Virus record (IMG/VR): IMGVR_UViG_3300046804_003540
Coordinates: 1 to 64,000 of that record
Reading direction: 5' to 3' (one strand)
Length of the DNA stretch: 64,000 nt
Origin: a virus
In this document: positions 36,856-45,999 of the stretch, one piece after another
Position numbering within the stretch: position 1 is the first letter of the stretch
Layout of the letters: the number at the start of each line of letters is the position of its first letter
The notes under the pieces: generated by a model
What the model saw: the letters and a program-made list of their open reading frames with translations, nothing else
Told to the model about the DNA's origin: nothing
Database searches by the model: none
Position numbers and translations under genes: made by a program

Positions 36856-37620
36856 TCATCTTCCAGTATACCTGTACCCGCCGGACTCAATTTTTCTTTG
36901 TTTTTCAGTTTTGGGTACCCACTCATCACCAAGATGAGGATATTTTTGTGCTCTGTCATTTACCAGCCAAGCAAACATACATCCAACTGTAATAAGGGCA
37001 ATCAGTAGCATTACACCCCATATAGCATTTTCTCTTATATGTTTCATTCTTCGGCGTCTTCTTGCTCTATCTCTGGCTTCAATTTCCATTTTCTTGTGAA
37101 CAGCAATTTCTTGTTCAGCACTGATTCTCTCCATCATTTCTGAAACTTCAGTATACAGTGCTCCTAGTTCTGGTGGACTTTGATAGACCATTACTTCACG
37201 CAGTTCCACAGACATTGCTTCTAGTTTTTTACGCATAAGAACTCGTTGCAGTGCTCGCTTGCCTACACTGACACTGCCATCATATAATTCTTCTGCATGC
37301 TTTTCTTCAGCTATAAAAATTGCTTTGCATTTTGCGTAGTTTTCATAGTACGCACCTAACTGTTCTCCCAGCTCAGCGTAAACATCATCTGCATTCTTTT
37401 CACCTAGTTCTCTTATCCTTTGCTTTTCTTCGTTGAATTGTTTAACTGCGGCCTTAGGTGCTACACCGCCAGGATACTTTTTAAAGAACTGTTCATCTAG
37501 ATCTTTTATGACGCCTTTTACATCGCCAGCAACACCTTTTATTTCTTTATAAAGGGCGCAACCTTGCTTGACTGCTTTAACAGCCCCACTAGCCAGCGCG
37601 AATAATGTAAACGGATCCAT
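36856..37620 (-). CDS. Coiled-coil protein with C-terminal TM segment
   Basis: MDPFTLFALA.., 254 aa. Confidence 0.75.
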   Translation of the reverse strand: MDPFTLFALASGAVKAVKQGCALYKEIKGVAGDVKGVIKDLDEQFFKKYPGGVAPKAAVKQFNEEKQRIRELGEKNADDVYAELGEQLGAYYENYAKCKAIFIAEEKHAEELYDGSVSVGKRALQRVLMRKKLEAMSVELREVMVYQSPPELGALYTEVSEMMERISAEQEIAVHKKMEIEARDRARRRRRMKHIRENAIWGVMLLIALITVGCMFAWLVNDRAQKYPHLGDEWVPKTEKQRKIESGGYRYTGR

Positions 37621-37695
37621 ACTATAACAACAATAACCGCCAGGAGGGCGGTTATATTACTTATAGAATGGTGGTAATTATTTTTATGGTAATAA

Positions 37696-37721
37696 AAAAG
37701 CCCGATAAATACCGGGCTTTT
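37696..37721 (-). terminator. Intrinsic terminator
   Basis: AAAAGCCCG/CGGGCTTTT stem. Confidence 0.7.
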
Positions 37722-37739
37722 GTCCTCTGAAAATTAAAT

Positions 37740-38234
37740 TTAAATTTCAGGCATTGGGGGTTGTGGTACAGGACTTGTAGCACTTAGGCCTGTAGCTGGG
37801 GGCATAGCCGTTGCAGCTGCAAAACCGCCTGCTGCACCAAACGCCGCGCCAGTTGCAGGAGCAGCGAAACTTGCGCCACCACCGAAGCCAGAAGGTTTAC
37901 TGGCAGGACTGAATGACGAGGGAGGGGCTGGGGGAGGAGCACTTTTACTAGCTGCATCTAAAGCTTTGGCTCTAAGATCTTTGTCATCACCTGCTAACAT
38001 AATACCCGACAGTGTACCAGTTAGGAATGTAGCGATAGGAATAATAAGTTCAAAAAACTTATTGTCTACAGGACTCATACCGTTCATAGGCTGTGTTACA
38101 AATATCAAACTGTAGAGAACTACAAACACAATGCCAAATAGTGTTAGGCCCAATACAATACCAATAAAGAATTTTAATCTTGCATTTAGTTCTTCTGTTG
38201 TGTATTTTTCATCTGAGAAAAGACTCTTAATCAT
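37740..38234 (-). CDS. Two-TM membrane protein with P/A-rich tail
   Basis: Hydrophobic segments; coupled to an upstream lipoprotein gene. Confidence 0.75.
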   Translation of the reverse strand: MIKSLFSDEKYTTEELNARLKFFIGIVLGLTLFGIVFVVLYSLIFVTQPMNGMSPVDNKFFELIIPIATFLTGTLSGIMLAGDDKDLRAKALDAASKSAPPPAPPSSFSPASKPSGFGGGASFAAPATGAAFGAAGGFAAATAMPPATGLSATSPVPQPPMPEI

Positions 38235-38473
38235 TTACATGCTCCTGCGTTAGTTGATTGTTGTGGTGCGGGTGCGCTAATAGGTGCCCCGGTTTTTCCT
38301 TTTTCGTAATGTGTTAGATCTTCCGGACAAGTTCCGTTGGCACTACAATAGGGTTTTTGACACTGTTTTGTATTCCAATTATCGGGATCTTGGCAAGGAT
38401 ATCTGTAACGCTCTTCGCAGCCTGTAAGCAGTAAAAATACTGGTATTGCTGCCAAAGCCCATTTGAATTTCAT
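38231..38473 (-). CDS. Small Cys-rich lipoprotein
   Basis: Lipobox LTGC, RYPCQDP..C..PYC..GTCP. Confidence 0.8.
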   Translation of the reverse strand: MKFKWALAAIPVFLLLTGCEERYRYPCQDPDNWNTKQCQKPYCSANGTCPEDLTHYEKGKTGAPISAPAPQQSTNAGACK

Positions 38474-38516
38474 ACTAGCTCCTTATAGAATTATGCTAGT
38501 ATTTACCAAAAACTGC

Positions 38517-38666
38517 TTATTTGGCGGTATGGGGTTCAGGTGCTTTCTTTTGTTGTGGAGCAGATTCTTTGAACTTGTCCCATGCTTGTTTAGTAATTGG
38601 ACCGGGTGTCCTGTGAGGCACAGGTTTTCTTCTTTTGGGCTGTGGCTTGTGTGAAAACCAACTCAT
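38517..38666 (-). CDS. Small basic Pro-rich protein (49 aa)
   Basis: MSWFSHKPQPKRRKP..., downstream of a hairpin/TAAATA. Confidence 0.5.
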   Translation of the reverse strand: MSWFSHKPQPKRRKPVPHRTPGPITKQAWDKFKESAPQQKKAPEPHTAK

Positions 38667-38670
38667 AAAA

Positions 38671-38697
38671 AATCCCCTTGAAGTATTTAAGGGGATT
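38671..38697 (-). promoter_or_regulatory. Hairpin (terminator/RBS-sequestering) with TAAATA in the loop
   Basis: AATCCCCTT/AAGGGGATT stem; TAAATA at 38684-38689. Confidence 0.55.
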
Positions 38698-38702
38698 GTG
38701 TA

Positions 38703-39014
38703 TTAATTTTCAGATGTTTTAATTCTACTAATTATTTCTTCGTAGAAAGTATCTAAATTACCGTTGAATTTACCTAAAAGATGCTCTACTGCATCTAAAC
38801 AAAATTTATAATTTTTGTTATTATATTCTGCAATAAAGTTGCTGTGTAGTTGTTTACTAGCCTCAAGCGTCCCTAGTTCGCTAATGGGTATATATTCAAC
38901 TACACAATATGCTGTTATGGGAGAACCGTCGGATTTGGCAAAAGTTTCTAATTCCAATACTGTATAAGTGTCTTTAATTTTTTCTGCTATTTCTTTACCA
39001 AGTATTATGTTCAT
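38703..39014 (-). CDS. Hypothetical protein
   Basis: 103 aa, YTVLELET. Confidence 0.75.
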   Translation of the reverse strand: MNIILGKEIAEKIKDTYTVLELETFAKSDGSPITAYCVVEYIPISELGTLEASKQLHSNFIAEYNNKNYKFCLDAVEHLLGKFNGNLDTFYEEIISRIKTSEN

Positions 39015-39438
39015 ATTCTGTAACCTCGTCGATAGCGTGATAAATCTGTTCTAAGTTCATATTATGGTCAAGATAACCTTCAGTTACTGTTTTTAAATAA
39101 TGTTCACTGGGCAAGCTGGACTTATAAAAATCCGTCATATAATAAATCATAGCTTTAATTGGTTTGCTTTGATAAAACACTGTGACTTCTTTTTTGCCAT
39201 AAAAGTCTGGATAGCCTTCTAAACGATCCAAGGCAGCTTCACATCTATCAGTTATAGTCCATAGTACACAGTCCATGCTATCACCTTCACTGACAACTGC
39301 ATCGCAGAATAACTTAAACGCTAACTTGTGATCTTTTAGTTTTACTGGGCCTAAACTTTTAGCCGCAGGACATCGCAGTGCCATTTGAGCCAAGTTAGTG
39401 TTCATACCATAAGCAAGGTAATATCGTCTAGTGATCAT
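38995..39438 (-). CDS. Gamma-glutamylcyclotransferase family protein
   Basis: YLAYGMN..RCP, LDRLEGYP..Y. Confidence 0.85.
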   Translation of the reverse strand: MITRRYYLAYGMNTNLAQMALRCPAAKSLGPVKLKDHKLAFKLFCDAVVSEGDSMDCVLWTITDRCEAALDRLEGYPDFYGKKEVTVFYQSKPIKAMIYYMTDFYKSSLPSEHYLKTVTEGYLDHNMNLEQIYHAIDEVTEYEHNTW

Positions 39439-39965
39439 AGTTCTGTGAGGTTATATCGTTTTACTGCTGACTGAATTGCCTGTGCTTGACTGACGCAGTC
39501 TGCTAGGGCGTTGTGTAACATAGCACCAGGTTTTCTTGTGTCGCCCAAGGCCTTTAATAGTGTTCTACTGTCACGGATAACATAGTAGGGCCATGGCGCG
39601 GGCTTTTGTAGTTGCCTATATAAGTTTTCAAGAATAACAATATCAAATACAGGACCTTGTGCCCAAATTCTGTCTGCACCTACTACAAATCGATTTAGTT
39701 CTCGAGTAAATTCTTCTAAGCTGACACGGTCATGCTCACCCAATGCTTCTTCACGAACTTCCGCATTTTGTTGCCCCCACCATGCTACAGTGCCTTCGTC
39801 CACATTCCTGCCTAAGGCAATTTGCTCATCTACATTGATGCGAAAATAAAGTCCACTGTCTAGTTCTCGGTGATCATCAAAAGGATTGAATTTAACAGCA
39901 CCAAAGGTCAATACTACACTGTCTGGGCTAGTAGCCAGTGTTTCCAAATCCAGCATGATGTCCAT
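39435..39965 (-). CDS. DEDD 3'-5' exonuclease (Rv2179c/DexA-like)
   Basis: MLDLET, FDIVIL, RDSRT, HNALAD. Confidence 0.85.
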   Translation of the reverse strand: MDIMLDLETLATSPDSVVLTFGAVKFNPFDDHRELDSGLYFRINVDEQIALGRNVDEGTVAWWGQQNAEVREEALGEHDRVSLEEFTRELNRFVVGADRIWAQGPVFDIVILENLYRQLQKPAPWPYYVIRDSRTLLKALGDTRKPGAMLHNALADCVSQAQAIQSAVKRYNLTEL

Positions 39966-40279
39966 TATGCACTGGGCTCCAATTTAACTACCAAGGGAAA
40001 ACCATTGTTGCGAGCCAACATGGTTACTTCGATACCTTTTTGTTCGGCCATTTCAAATGGCAGTGTTGCTACCACTGCACTGCCTTCAAGGTGAACCTTC
40101 ATAGTCATATCTTCAGCTGCTTCTTCAGTGTATTCAAAATAGATCAACAGTGTCTGTACTACAAATTCCTGTGTAGTAACTTCATCGTTAATGTAGATAA
40201 CATTCCAAGGAGGAGGTTCTTTAATATCCTCACGAGGTTTAATTTTGATTGTGGTTTTTTCTTGTGTGTCTGTGGCCAT
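39965..40279 (-). CDS. clpS: ATP-dependent Clp protease adaptor
   Basis: VIYINDEVTTQEFVV, VHLEG, AEQK, FPL. Confidence 0.9.
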   Translation of the reverse strand: MATDTQEKTTIKIKPREDIKEPPPWNVIYINDEVTTQEFVVQTLLIYFEYTEEAAEDMTMKVHLEGSAVVATLPFEMAEQKGIEVTMLARNNGFPLVVKLEPSA

Positions 40280-40287
40280 AATAAAAC

Positions 40288-40310
40288 AAAAAGGGGAGTT
40301 GAACTCCCCT
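40288..40310 (-). terminator. Intrinsic terminator after hsp20
   Basis: AGGGGAGTT/AACTCCCCT then T-run. Confidence 0.7.
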
Positions 40311-40329
40311 CTATTATAACATCTTCACA

Positions 40330-40776
40330 TTATTTTGTGTAGACAATTTGGATTTTCTTTGGCTTATTTTCTTCCGGAACCATCTGTTCCAGTGCAATAG
40401 CCAAAATACCGTTCTGCACTGTGGCTGCTCGAACTTCTACATTGTCTGCTAATGTAAAGTTGCGTTCAAAACCTCGTGTGCTGATGCCCTTATGAACATA
40501 TTCAGTTTCTTGTTCTTTTTTGGCTTTGGTGCCTTTAACAATCAAACTGTTTTCTTTTAGCTCAACATCGATTTCTTCCTCACCAAAACCTGCCACAGCA
40601 ATTTCGATAACATAGTGAGTGTCATCCAATTTTGCAATGTTGTAGGGAGGATAGTTGTCGTTTGTGCGACTGTTGGCAAAAGTCCTATTCATTTCATCAA
40701 ACAGTCGGTTAAAACCAATTGCGTGACGAGCAAAAGTAGGAATGTCAAGGGTACGGATTTCAAAAGTGTTTGTCAT
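40330..40776 (-). CDS. Small heat shock protein (IbpA-like)
   Basis: IGFNRLF, YPPYNI, IAVAGF, HKGISTRGF, NGIL. Confidence 0.95.
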   Translation of the reverse strand: MTNTFEIRTLDIPTFARHAIGFNRLFDEMNRTFANSRTNDNYPPYNIAKLDDTHYVIEIAVAGFGEEEIDVELKENSLIVKGTKAKKEQETEYVHKGISTRGFERNFTLADNVEVRAATVQNGILAIALEQMVPEENKPKKIQIVYTK

Positions 40777-40842
40777 AGTATTTCTCCTTTATAAGCAAGT
40801 TATGACTTGTAGACCCCAACCAGGCATCTACACAAGTATTTA
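40777..40842 (-). promoter_or_regulatory. ROSE-like RNA thermometer 5' UTR
   Basis: TAGATGCC..GGGTCTA hairpin then CTTGCT-TATA-AAGGAG. Confidence 0.6.
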
Positions 40843-40859
40843 TTATAGTTTTATCTAAA

Positions 40860-41144
40860 TTAATTGTCAATTGATTTGGGAGGCTCCATGGGCTCTACAA
40901 ATCTATATTTTATGATATAACTTTTAAGTTGGTGATCAGTTTGGGGATTCCAAGTCAATGCAAAAAAGTCATAATATTTTGGATCAGCAAAAGTTACTCT
41001 AAGTGTATATCTAACTGATTTTACACCTAGAAATTCTATGCCGTAACGCTTACTCCATATAGCTAACTGATTTTTAATACCTGATGCTGTATAAGCTGCC
41101 GCCATACCGCCTGCACCTGTTGGCAAGCTGAACTCTATGTACAT
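40860..41144 (-). CDS. Hypothetical protein
   Basis: 94 aa, FFALTWNP. Confidence 0.7.
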   Translation of the reverse strand: MYIEFSLPTGAGGMAAAYTASGIKNQLAIWSKRYGIEFLGVKSVRYTLRVTFADPKYYDFFALTWNPQTDHQLKSYIIKYRFVEPMEPPKSIDN

Positions 41145-41386
41145 TAGTACAATCTTTTAGGTAAACTTTGACTTTCAAGTTTTTTACGCCAACGGTTTTT
41201 TGCGGCTCCAGCTGCTCGCTTTTTGGCGGTTGTGGGTTTTTCGTAGAATTCTCTTTCTTTAAGATTCTGTAACAGTCTACTTTCTGCTACTTTTTTCTTG
41301 AACTTGCGTAGTGCTTTATCCAGTGTGTCAGTATCTTTGACAATAACAGCTATTCCACGCAGATGTGGCCTTTTTTCATAACTCAT
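41144..41386 (-). CDS. rpsU: Ribosomal protein bS21
   Basis: ALRKFKKKV..EREFYEKPT; start probably MSYEKR. Confidence 0.9.
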   Translation of the reverse strand: MSYEKRPHLRGIAVIVKDTDTLDKALRKFKKKVAESRLLQNLKEREFYEKPTTAKKRAAGAAKNRWRKKLESQSLPKRLY

Positions 41387-41648
41387 TGTAAATCCTTTGT
41401 AAGATTTCCACTGGCGTTTGATTAGGATAATCTCTGCAATTATATCGTTTGACACATCTATGTTTCATGCCTTCTTCCCATATGGGATCATTCATGCTGG
41501 CATCATAAAGATAAAAGTCAAAGTCTTTATCCATGGGCCAAGTTTCAAATGCTGCAACAATTTCAGCATCAGTCCACTTACAATTAAAAATCCAGATTTT
41601 CTTTAGTTCACTGTCTACTTCTAAATCTGGTGGCGTATAAATGTGCAT
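41376..41648 (-). CDS. Hypothetical protein
   Basis: 90 aa, IYTPPD. Confidence 0.65.
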   Translation of the reverse strand: MHIYTPPDLEVDSELKKIWIFNCKWTDAEIVAAFETWPMDKDFDFYLYDASMNDPIWEEGMKHRCVKRYNCRDYPNQTPVEILQRIYNEL

Positions 41649-41649
41649 G

Positions 41650-42432
41650 TTATCCTCGTTTTGCAGTGATCAGCAAATGCCAACCCAGTGCTCGTTCTAG
41701 TATCTTAAACAGCTCGGGAGGCATGGCTGCGAACCAAGGTTGTTTAACATATTCATATTTAACATAATGTTCAATGTTCCATGGGAAAATAAAGTCCTGT
41801 TCAACATGAACATTGTCAAATTCTCTAAATAGTTCTCTAGCTTCTTGTTTTGTATAAGTGATTGCTTGGGGACAATTATCCTGTGCTTCAGGCTGATCCC
41901 ATCCTGCATCAATAAGGATATTTTTCCAACTGTTCTTAGCATAAATCATAGCACGAACTTCGCCGCCATCGGCCAATAGTTTAGGGAAATTTGCAACTAC
42001 AATTTCGGGTCTGGGAGCATGATGAATAACTCCAAAACTGTAGATTAAATCAAATTTTTCATGTGGATCAAACTTAGTTACGAGTTCTTCGGCATTGGCT
42101 TCAAATATTTCGCCTTTAAGTCCAAACACATCAAGTCTCTTTTTTGCAAGTTTTACACTTTCACCACTTAGATCCACGCCAGTGTAAATTGCGCCTGCCC
42201 TAGCAAAATTAACCGCATCAGTGCCGATTCCGCAGCCAACTTCTAATACTCGTTTACCCTTCCAGCGGTCGAACTGGGGGAAGGTATAGTTGTGCGGTTC
42301 GTTGGCATATCGACGAGCTTCTACTTCGTCAAAGTATTCTTTAGTACCCACAGGACTGCGGCTGTGCCGGATATTACAGGGCCTGTTATTCCAGTAAGTC
42401 CTAATTTGTTCTAATAATTCACTGTTGCTCAT
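41650..42432 (-). CDS. SAM-dependent methyltransferase
   Basis: VLEVGCGIGTD, GVDLS, FDLIYSFGVIHH. Confidence 0.9.
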   Translation of the reverse strand: MSNSELLEQIRTYWNNRPCNIRHSRSPVGTKEYFDEVEARRYANEPHNYTFPQFDRWKGKRVLEVGCGIGTDAVNFARAGAIYTGVDLSGESVKLAKKRLDVFGLKGEIFEANAEELVTKFDPHEKFDLIYSFGVIHHAPRPEIVVANFPKLLADGGEVRAMIYAKNSWKNILIDAGWDQPEAQDNCPQAITYTKQEARELFREFDNVHVEQDFIFPWNIEHYVKYEYVKQPWFAAMPPELFKILERALGWHLLITAKRG

Positions 42433-43138
42433 TCTTTACCCTATTGTATAATTTTTGTACCCATTCGCGAAGTTCTTGTTGTCTGTCGGGATGTGCGTAA
42501 TCTTCGGGATTACTAGGATCTTTGCCGTCTGCAGCATAACTTTGTTCACGAAAGGTTTCGTCGTTGTTACCGCCAGTTACATCTGCTCTATCATGATATA
42601 CTTCAACTGGAATATTTTCTAGTCTGCCTACCGGCACTGTAACATTGTAGATCCACCAGTCACTGTGATTAACAGGACTGACACGACCAAAAAAGTCTAC
42701 CCATTCGCGAGGAATAATAGGAAACAGTGCAAAGGGATGATTCATTGTGACACAGGGCATACGCAGTAGTCCGAACCAACCATCATGTTTGACAATTTCA
42801 TCGTCCCAGTTTTCTGTCAGCATCAGTGCGTCATCGTTCCAGAACATGATCCAGTCGCCTGTGGCCTGTTCGGCCAAGAAGTTTACATATTTGTAAAGAC
42901 GCAGATATCCAAATCGCTCAGTCTCAAATACTTTACTAGTGGCGTCGGATTGTCCAATAAAAGGAAACCAAGTTTCATTAAAGAACTGTTGACTTTCTTC
43001 ATCGTCGTTGTCGTAGGCAATTAAGATTTCAATTCTGCTGGTGTCACGAGCACTGGCTAATAAACTGCCTATGCTTTTGACAACTGCTTCTGTTCTTTTG
43101 CGTGTGGGTAATAATATAGATATTTTAGGTTTGGTCAT
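42419..43138 (-). CDS. Glycosyltransferase family 2
   Basis: ISILLPTR, AYDNDD, FWNDD. Confidence 0.85.
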   Translation of the reverse strand: MTKPKISILLPTRKRTEAVVKSIGSLLASARDTSRIEILIAYDNDDEESQQFFNETWFPFIGQSDATSKVFETERFGYLRLYKYVNFLAEQATGDWIMFWNDDALMLTENWDDEIVKHDGWFGLLRMPCVTMNHPFALFPIIPREWVDFFGRVSPVNHSDWWIYNVTVPVGRLENIPVEVYHDRADVTGGNNDETFREQSYAADGKDPSNPEDYAHPDRQQELREWVQKLYNRVKNEQQ

Positions 43139-44699
43139 TTTGTTGAATCTTGAGTTCTTCAGCTACCAGTTCTTGCTCGGTAGCACTTAATTGATCAATG
43201 TCATATTCACCAGTTTTCAATTTTTCGATTAGGAATAAAATGTATTGACGGTCGTAAGTATAGCTGTCTGTGCGTTCTTTGTCAACTTCAATCCATTTGG
43301 TGCCATTGTACTTAAACAATTTATTAGGCGTATAGTCAACTCGCAAAAACATTTCGCCTTTTTCCGCAGTGTTAGGGAAAGTTAAGCCAAAGCTGCTTTT
43401 TACTGCACGGCCGTCTACATTGTCTGCTTGTAATTTTAACCCTGCGGCAAGTTGAGGAAACGCTGACTGAAACACAGCCTTGTGCATTTTCTTGCCGTCA
43501 ACTTCTACATAATCACCAATGGTCTTAATAGACTGTTCTGGTTCCTGTGCAGATAAGTAATCACCAGGTCTATCTATAACATCAACGCCTACTGCTAAAA
43601 TTTGTTTATCCTCTTTTGTTACTAATCGTTCATCGTCGTAGGCATGCACTACTTCATCTGTGCTTATTGTAGTATTGGCGTCTTCCTTGTAAACCATTGG
43701 CTGAAGATTAGCAAAGTGTACAAATGGCTTTGTAAGATAAGGATGCTGTTCCAGTAAAGATTTTTCGGGTTCTACTTCGTATGTTTGTTCACCACGGCTG
43801 GTGTCATTTTCCTCCCGAAACATCCAACCCGGTGGATGTGGGTCAGGCTTGGCAGATTCTTCAGCGGTTTGTTTTATTTGGTCAATCTGTTGGGCAGTAA
43901 GCGGACCATTGTCTGGTTCATAGGCAGGCTTAGATTGTTTTTCTTCTCGTGCCCAACGCAGGCTTTGTTGTGCGGCCAGAATCAATACTAAAGCTAATGG
44001 GTCAAAGACCGCAACAATAATGATGATAACCCAGCGTACTGCTCGCTCTAAGATGTTTGCGTCAGGGTTATCACCGTAGATCAGCGCCGCAATGTATTTG
44101 ATCGGACCGACTTCAGCTTCGACCTTTCTAACTTCGGCGGCAAGAGGCGCACGGGCATCGTTAAGTTCCGCAATAAGCTTCTGCGACTGTAGTATTTCAG
44201 CTTGAAGTCTAGTACGCTCTTTCTGCTGGGACCTTCTAAGATTAACAGCTTTGTCGGCACCTTTTTCATCTGTTGAGCGGCCCAGTACTTGGTCCACTCC
44301 CTCATCCATCTGTTTAAGTGCTCGACGGTTCGCTTCAATATTTTCCTTTTCGGTCTTGATCTTTTCATCATATATTGCTACCTTGGCTGTGCTGTCACCT
44401 GATACCAAACTTTGGTCGCTGTGTGCTTTACTGAGATAACCAAAGATACCCATGCTGGTCAGCAACATTAAAAATGCCACTGCTGGGACCAAATACAGTT
44501 TGTAAGTAATGCTGGCACGAGCCCAGTACATCTTTAGCCATACAGCCGCAGTGACTTTGCCTACTTCAAGGGCCGCGCCCATAATAATAATAGGAATAAC
44601 TGCGGCACTGAAGATTGCGGTAAGACCAACAATGCTATAGTAAGCAGCAACTGCACTGATAGTAATTGCCACCAGTAAAGTGAATAAACCAAATATCAT
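43125..44699 (-). CDS. Membrane-anchored coiled-coil protein
   Basis: N-terminal TM bundle (YYSIVGL..LEVGK..LSKAH), EVGPIKYIA, FDPLA; TAAATA at 44705-44710. Confidence 0.8.
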   Translation of the reverse strand: MIFGLFTLLVAITISAVAAYYSIVGLTAIFSAAVIPIIIMGAALEVGKVTAAVWLKMYWARASITYKLYLVPAVAFLMLLTSMGIFGYLSKAHSDQSLVSGDSTAKVAIYDEKIKTEKENIEANRRALKQMDEGVDQVLGRSTDEKGADKAVNLRRSQQKERTRLQAEILQSQKLIAELNDARAPLAAEVRKVEAEVGPIKYIAALIYGDNPDANILERAVRWVIIIIVAVFDPLALVLILAAQQSLRWAREEKQSKPAYEPDNGPLTAQQIDQIKQTAEESAKPDPHPPGWMFREENDTSRGEQTYEVEPEKSLLEQHPYLTKPFVHFANLQPMVYKEDANTTISTDEVVHAYDDERLVTKEDKQILAVGVDVIDRPGDYLSAQEPEQSIKTIGDYVEVDGKKMHKAVFQSAFPQLAAGLKLQADNVDGRAVKSSFGLTFPNTAEKGEMFLRVDYTPNKLFKYNGTKWIEVDKERTDSYTYDRQYILFLIEKLKTGEYDIDQLSATEQELVAEELKIQQNDQT

Positions 44700-44720
44700 A
44701 GATATATTTATTGCATATAG

Positions 44721-45068
44721 TTAGGTAATTTTTAGTTTTGCCGCATCCTGTCTGTCCGAATACAAACAGGTACCTCGGTCACGCACAAGGTCAGCACTGC
44801 CTTGTGGATCACGCTCAAACATTTCTTTGATGTCATCTTTATCAATACCATCTTCAACTTCTATGGCATAGATTTCATAGTGTCGTTGCTGATTAAATTT
44901 TGCACGAAGTTTGAGATAGTGCAGTAGGGTCGCACCACCGTGTCTAGGTGCAGTTCCATCGTAGGTGCCTTGAAGGATTTCAAATGTAATTTGACGATCC
45001 GCTTCTGTGGCATTGAATACACATTCTACACCAAGTTGATCCCAACTAATAATAAAAGTATTTGACAC
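44721..45068 (-). CDS. Hypothetical protein
   Basis: 115 aa, LRAKFNQQRHYEIY. Confidence 0.7.
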   Translation of the reverse strand: MSNTFIISWDQLGVECVFNATEADRQITFEILQGTYDGTAPRHGGATLLHYLKLRAKFNQQRHYEIYAIEVEDGIDKDDIKEMFERDPQGSADLVRDRGTCLYSDRQDAAKLKIT

Positions 45069-45132
45069 AGCAGTTTCTAAAAATTATCTGTTAGTGTAGC
45101 ATAAAATAGCAGAGCGATCAATGCGATTGGCG

Positions 45133-45303
45133 TTATTTTTTATCCTCAAACCATGCGTTTACCATAACATAGCATAGACTGTATATTTCTTTGGTCATTT
45201 TGAAAAAACCAAAAAGTATAAAATAGATGCCCATTGGCACCAACCAAAGAGGACTGGTAATAAGCAGTACAAAGGCTAAGAATTTTTTTACTGATTCGTT
45301 CAT
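45133..45303 (-). CDS. Small membrane protein (56 aa)
   Basis: MNESVKKFLAFVLLITSPLW..., ATGA-coupled. Confidence 0.55.
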   Translation of the reverse strand: MNESVKKFLAFVLLITSPLWLVPMGIYFILFGFFKMTKEIYSLCYVMVNAWFEDKK

Positions 45304-45497
45304 TTTATCAACTTATTAAAAATATCTAATTTGTCAATACAGTTAAGGCACAGGGCATTGTAGCGTGGTCCCCCGTGGCCAGACACAGCACCGCCACAAC
45401 TGGTACAAAGAATAAAGGCTTGAGTCACAATAGCACCTTTTGGCGTTTCGTAAATTGGCTCAAGTGTATAGCCAATTATTTTCCGTTCTTCGGTCAT
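45300..45497 (-). CDS. Small Zn-ribbon protein
   Basis: CTSC..CLNC. Confidence 0.7.
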   Translation of the reverse strand: MTEERKIIGYTLEPIYETPKGAIVTQAFILCTSCGGAVSGHGGPRYNALCLNCIDKLDIFNKLIK

Positions 45498-45733
45498 TGT
45501 TCAATCCCAAAATGTTCTTCTATGTATGCGGCGGCTTTCAATTGACCTTCATACAACGCATCATTCATACCACGATTGTAGCACTGATCCAAACACTCAC
45601 GCACAATTAACTCGGCGAACTTAGCCAATTCATCTTCCCAACACTCAGCAAAGGCTCGCATTGGTGTTTCCGTTGGATCGTAAGTAAATTCAATTTTAGC
45701 CTGGCGAGCAAGTTCTAAAAGGCGTTCGTTCAT
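45494..45733 (-). CDS. Paralog-family protein
   Basis: MNERLLELARQA..KFAELIVREC..IEEHFGIEQ. Confidence 0.8.
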   Translation of the reverse strand: MNERLLELARQAKIEFTYDPTETPMRAFAECWEDELAKFAELIVRECLDQCYNRGMNDALYEGQLKAAAYIEEHFGIEQ

Positions 45734-45999
45734 TCTTCAACTCCGAAATGTTCTTTAATCTCGTCAACGGCATCTTCTTTCAAACGGTATGCGGCAAACA
45801 ATGCTCCACTTGCGTTATGTGCTTGTCCTTGGGGCGGGTTCTTGGCAAACTCGTGCCAGCTTTCGCCCATTTCCTCTAACTTGGAGCAACATTCCCTGAC
45901 AATCAACTCGGCGAACTTTTCAATATTGCCTTCACCATAACCCATACCATCAATTGAACAATTAGCCTGTTTAGCAAGTTCTAGAATTCGTTCGTTCAT
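45730..45999 (-). CDS. Paralog-family protein
   Basis: MNERILELAKQA..EKFAELIVREC..IKEHFGVEE. Confidence 0.8.
   Translation of the reverse strand: MNERILELAKQANCSIDGMGYGEGNIEKFAELIVRECCSKLEEMGESWHEFAKNPPQGQAHNASGALFAAYRLKEDAVDEIKEHFGVEE

Noticed and set aside
37633-37655. Hairpin ATAACCGCC/GGCGGTTAT as an ncRNA
   Set aside because: A single stem in a leader with no further structure; its role cannot be supported from sequence
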